A DNA stretch of 64,000 nucleotides. It comes from Prochlorococcus sp. AG-409-D14 (GTDB lineage Bacteria > Cyanobacteriota > Cyanobacteriia > PCC-6307 > Cyanobiaceae). Below the pieces are notes generated by a model. That model saw only the letters and a list, made by a program, of their open reading frames with translations, did no database searches and was not told where the DNA came from. Shown one piece after another: positions 62,073-64,000 of this stretch; position 1 is the first letter of the stretch, and the number at the start of each line of letters is the position of its first letter. Location: contig QCJR01000004.1 of NCBI GenBank assembly GCA_003215895.1, positions 9,456-73,455 on the forward strand. Reading direction: 5' to 3'. A program made the translations under genes and the position numbers.

Positions 62073-62681
62073 ATGTCTAGATACCGCGGACCTCGTTTGA
62101 GGATCACGCGACGCTTGGGAGACCTACCTGGTCTCACCCGGAAGGCCGCAAAAAGGTCTCATCCCCCAGGTCAGCACGGCCAAGCCCGTCGCAAGCGCTC
62201 TGAATACGCGATCCGACTCGAAGAAAAGCAAAAACTTCGATTCAACTATGGTATTTCTGAACGCCAGCTAGTTCGCTATGTAAAAAAAGCTCGTGCTCAG
62301 GAGGGTTCCACAGGAACAAATCTCTTAAAGCTTCTAGAAAATAGGCTTGATAATGTTTGTTTTAGACTTGGATTTGGACCTACCATCCCAGGTGCAAGAC
62401 AGCTAGTAAACCATGGGCATGTAACTGTTAATGGCAGGATCACTGACATTGCAAGCTACCAATGCAAGGCTGGAGATGTCATTGCTATTAGAGATAACAA
62501 AGCTAGTAAGCAATTGGCTCAAGCCAACTTAGAATTCCCAGGTCTTGCGAATGTTCCTCCTCACCTTGAGCTTGATAAAACCAAACTCTCGGCAAAGATA
62601 TCTGCGAAGACAGATAGGGAATGGGTTGCTATTGAAATTAATGAATTGTTAGTTGTTGAGTACTACTCAAGAAAGGTATAG
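62073..62681 (+). CDS. rpsD: 30S ribosomal protein S4
   Basis: [33 protein letters not shown]. Confidence 0.98.
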   Translation: MSRYRGPRLRITRRLGDLPGLTRKAAKRSHPPGQHGQARRKRSEYAIRLEEKQKLRFNYGISERQLVRYVKKARAQEGSTGTNLLKLLENRLDNVCFRLGFGPTIPGARQLVNHGHVTVNGRITDIASYQCKAGDVIAIRDNKASKQLAQANLEFPGLANVPPHLELDKTKLSAKISAKTDREWVAIEINELLVVEYYSRKV

Positions 62682-62720
62682 GGCTAAAAATAGCTTCTTT
62701 CTCATTAAATTTAATTATGG

Positions 62721-62743
62721 AGCCCTTTTTTTAAGGGCTTTTT
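62721..62743 (+). terminator. Rho-independent terminator after rpsD
   Basis: AGCCCTT-TTTTT-AAGGGCT followed by a T run. Confidence 0.7.
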
Positions 62744-62783
62744 CATGTTTTTCTATAGCCTATAGAAAAACAACCTAAAGGAT

Positions 62784-63953
62784 ATGGGATCAGTTAAAAG
62801 AGAAAAGGAATTCAGCGCTGGAGTAAACACAAGAGTCATTCATCACAAAGAAAATTTTTCCGAAGAGACTGGATCAATAATGCCTCCAATCTTTCCAACC
62901 TCAACGTTCGTTCATGGTAATGACGGCGGCTTTGACTACACTCGTTCAGGAAATCCAAATTTTCGAATTCTTGAATCAGTGTTATCTGATCTGGAAGAAT
63001 GTCAATTCGCAAGTGTATTCAGTTCAGGAGTCGCTGCAATTACAGCGATAGTCTCCTCTCTTAAGGCTGGAGACTTAATCCTTTGTGAGGAGAACCTTTA
63101 TGGGTGCACAGTCAGATTGTTTGAACAGGTTTTCAATCGTTTTGGATTAAAGACTCAATGGATAGATTTCACTAAGCCCAATTTTCAAGAAGTCATTTCA
63201 AATCACAAACCTGCGATGATTTGGATCGAAAGTCCGACTAACCCACTTCTTAAAATTATTGATATTGAAGGGATTTCTCATTTCTCGAATAAAATGCAAA
63301 TTCCTGTTGTTGTAGACAATACTTTTGCAACACCTCTATTACAAAGACCTCTTAAACTTGGGGCGACCTTATCTTTAACTAGCACGACCAAGTATATCAA
63401 TGGTCACTCAGACGCACTTGGAGGTGCGGTATGTACCGAGAGTACCCTATGGAGAGATAAGCTAAACTTCGCCCAAAAAGCTCTTGGCTTAAATCCTTCT
63501 CCTTTTGACTGCTGGCTTATTACTAGAGGGATAAAGACTCTCCCACTTCGTTTAGAAAGACAAATAAATAACGCATCTATTATAGCTAATCAGTTAGCCG
63601 CCAATCCAGCAATAAAATCAGTTCGATATCCTTTCAGGAGTGATCATCCACAATGCAAGTTAGCTCAAAGGCAAATGGCTATGGGAGGAGCAATTGTTAC
63701 TGCCACAGTTAACGCCTCTCAGGCCCAAACTTATTCATTTTGCAAAAGTCTTCATTACTTCAAAATGGCAGAAAGTCTCGGAGGCATTGAAAGCCTTGTC
63801 TGCCACCCAGCAACAATGACACATGCTTCAGTTTCCAAAGAAACAAAATTAAAGATTGGAATTACTGATTCACTTATTCGATTTTCCGTTGGATGTGAAG
63901 ATATTGGGGACTTAATTGCTGATTTAAATCAAGCATTGGGAAACATCTCTTGA
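62784..63953 (+). CDS. Cys/Met metabolism PLP enzyme (cystathionine gamma-synthase / beta-lyase family)
   Basis: YTRSGNP, F.SG.AA, ESPTNP, VDNTF.TP, S.TKYINGHSD, SLGGIESL..HPA.MTH. Confidence 0.92.
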   Translation: MGSVKREKEFSAGVNTRVIHHKENFSEETGSIMPPIFPTSTFVHGNDGGFDYTRSGNPNFRILESVLSDLEECQFASVFSSGVAAITAIVSSLKAGDLILCEENLYGCTVRLFEQVFNRFGLKTQWIDFTKPNFQEVISNHKPAMIWIESPTNPLLKIIDIEGISHFSNKMQIPVVVDNTFATPLLQRPLKLGATLSLTSTTKYINGHSDALGGAVCTESTLWRDKLNFAQKALGLNPSPFDCWLITRGIKTLPLRLERQINNASIIANQLAANPAIKSVRYPFRSDHPQCKLAQRQMAMGGAIVTATVNASQAQTYSFCKSLHYFKMAESLGGIESLVCHPATMTHASVSKETKLKIGITDSLIRFSVGCEDIGDLIADLNQALGNIS

Positions 63954-64000
63954 CTGAAAGAAATTTACTAAATGATCCTTGCTGGAGTGCTAAAGACTTA
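63950..64000 (+). CDS. 5' fragment of the next gene, truncated by the window edge (possibly a second trans-sulfuration PLP enzyme)
   Basis: TTG overlaps the preceding TGA; open frame MTERNLLNDPCWSAKDL runs to the window end; product is inference from synteny only. Confidence 0.45.
   Translation, partial: MTERNLLNDPCWSAKDL

Overview
Low-GC, densely coding cyanobacterial chromosome segment. Gene content and order (psaF-psaJ, petC-petA, ctaCDE/ctaAB, chlG, ndhB, hli, the picocyanobacterial hyper-conserved protein between tRNA-Trp and tRNA-Asp, a Som-type porin) point to Prochlorococcus, probably a low-light clade (inference). Most of the window is core housekeeping and photosynthesis genes. I saw no rRNA, transposase, integrase or CRISPR array. 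Main points of interest: (1) an AT-rich islet at about 56.2-58.5 kb with a His-rich PsbN paralogue, a UreH/SodT-type Ni/Co permease and three unannotated small ORFs, a candidate metal-handling module; (2) an SLH-less, very acidic, nitrogen-poor porin behind a canonical NtcA promoter, with a Yfr1 sRNA seed site over its RBS; (3) a micro-protein with a prepilin-type signal; (4) a nested repeat duplication in the TopA C-terminus; (5) small ORFs missed by the ORF track (psaJ and a 58-aa membrane peptide upstream of groEL). All product calls come from motif recognition, not database searches.
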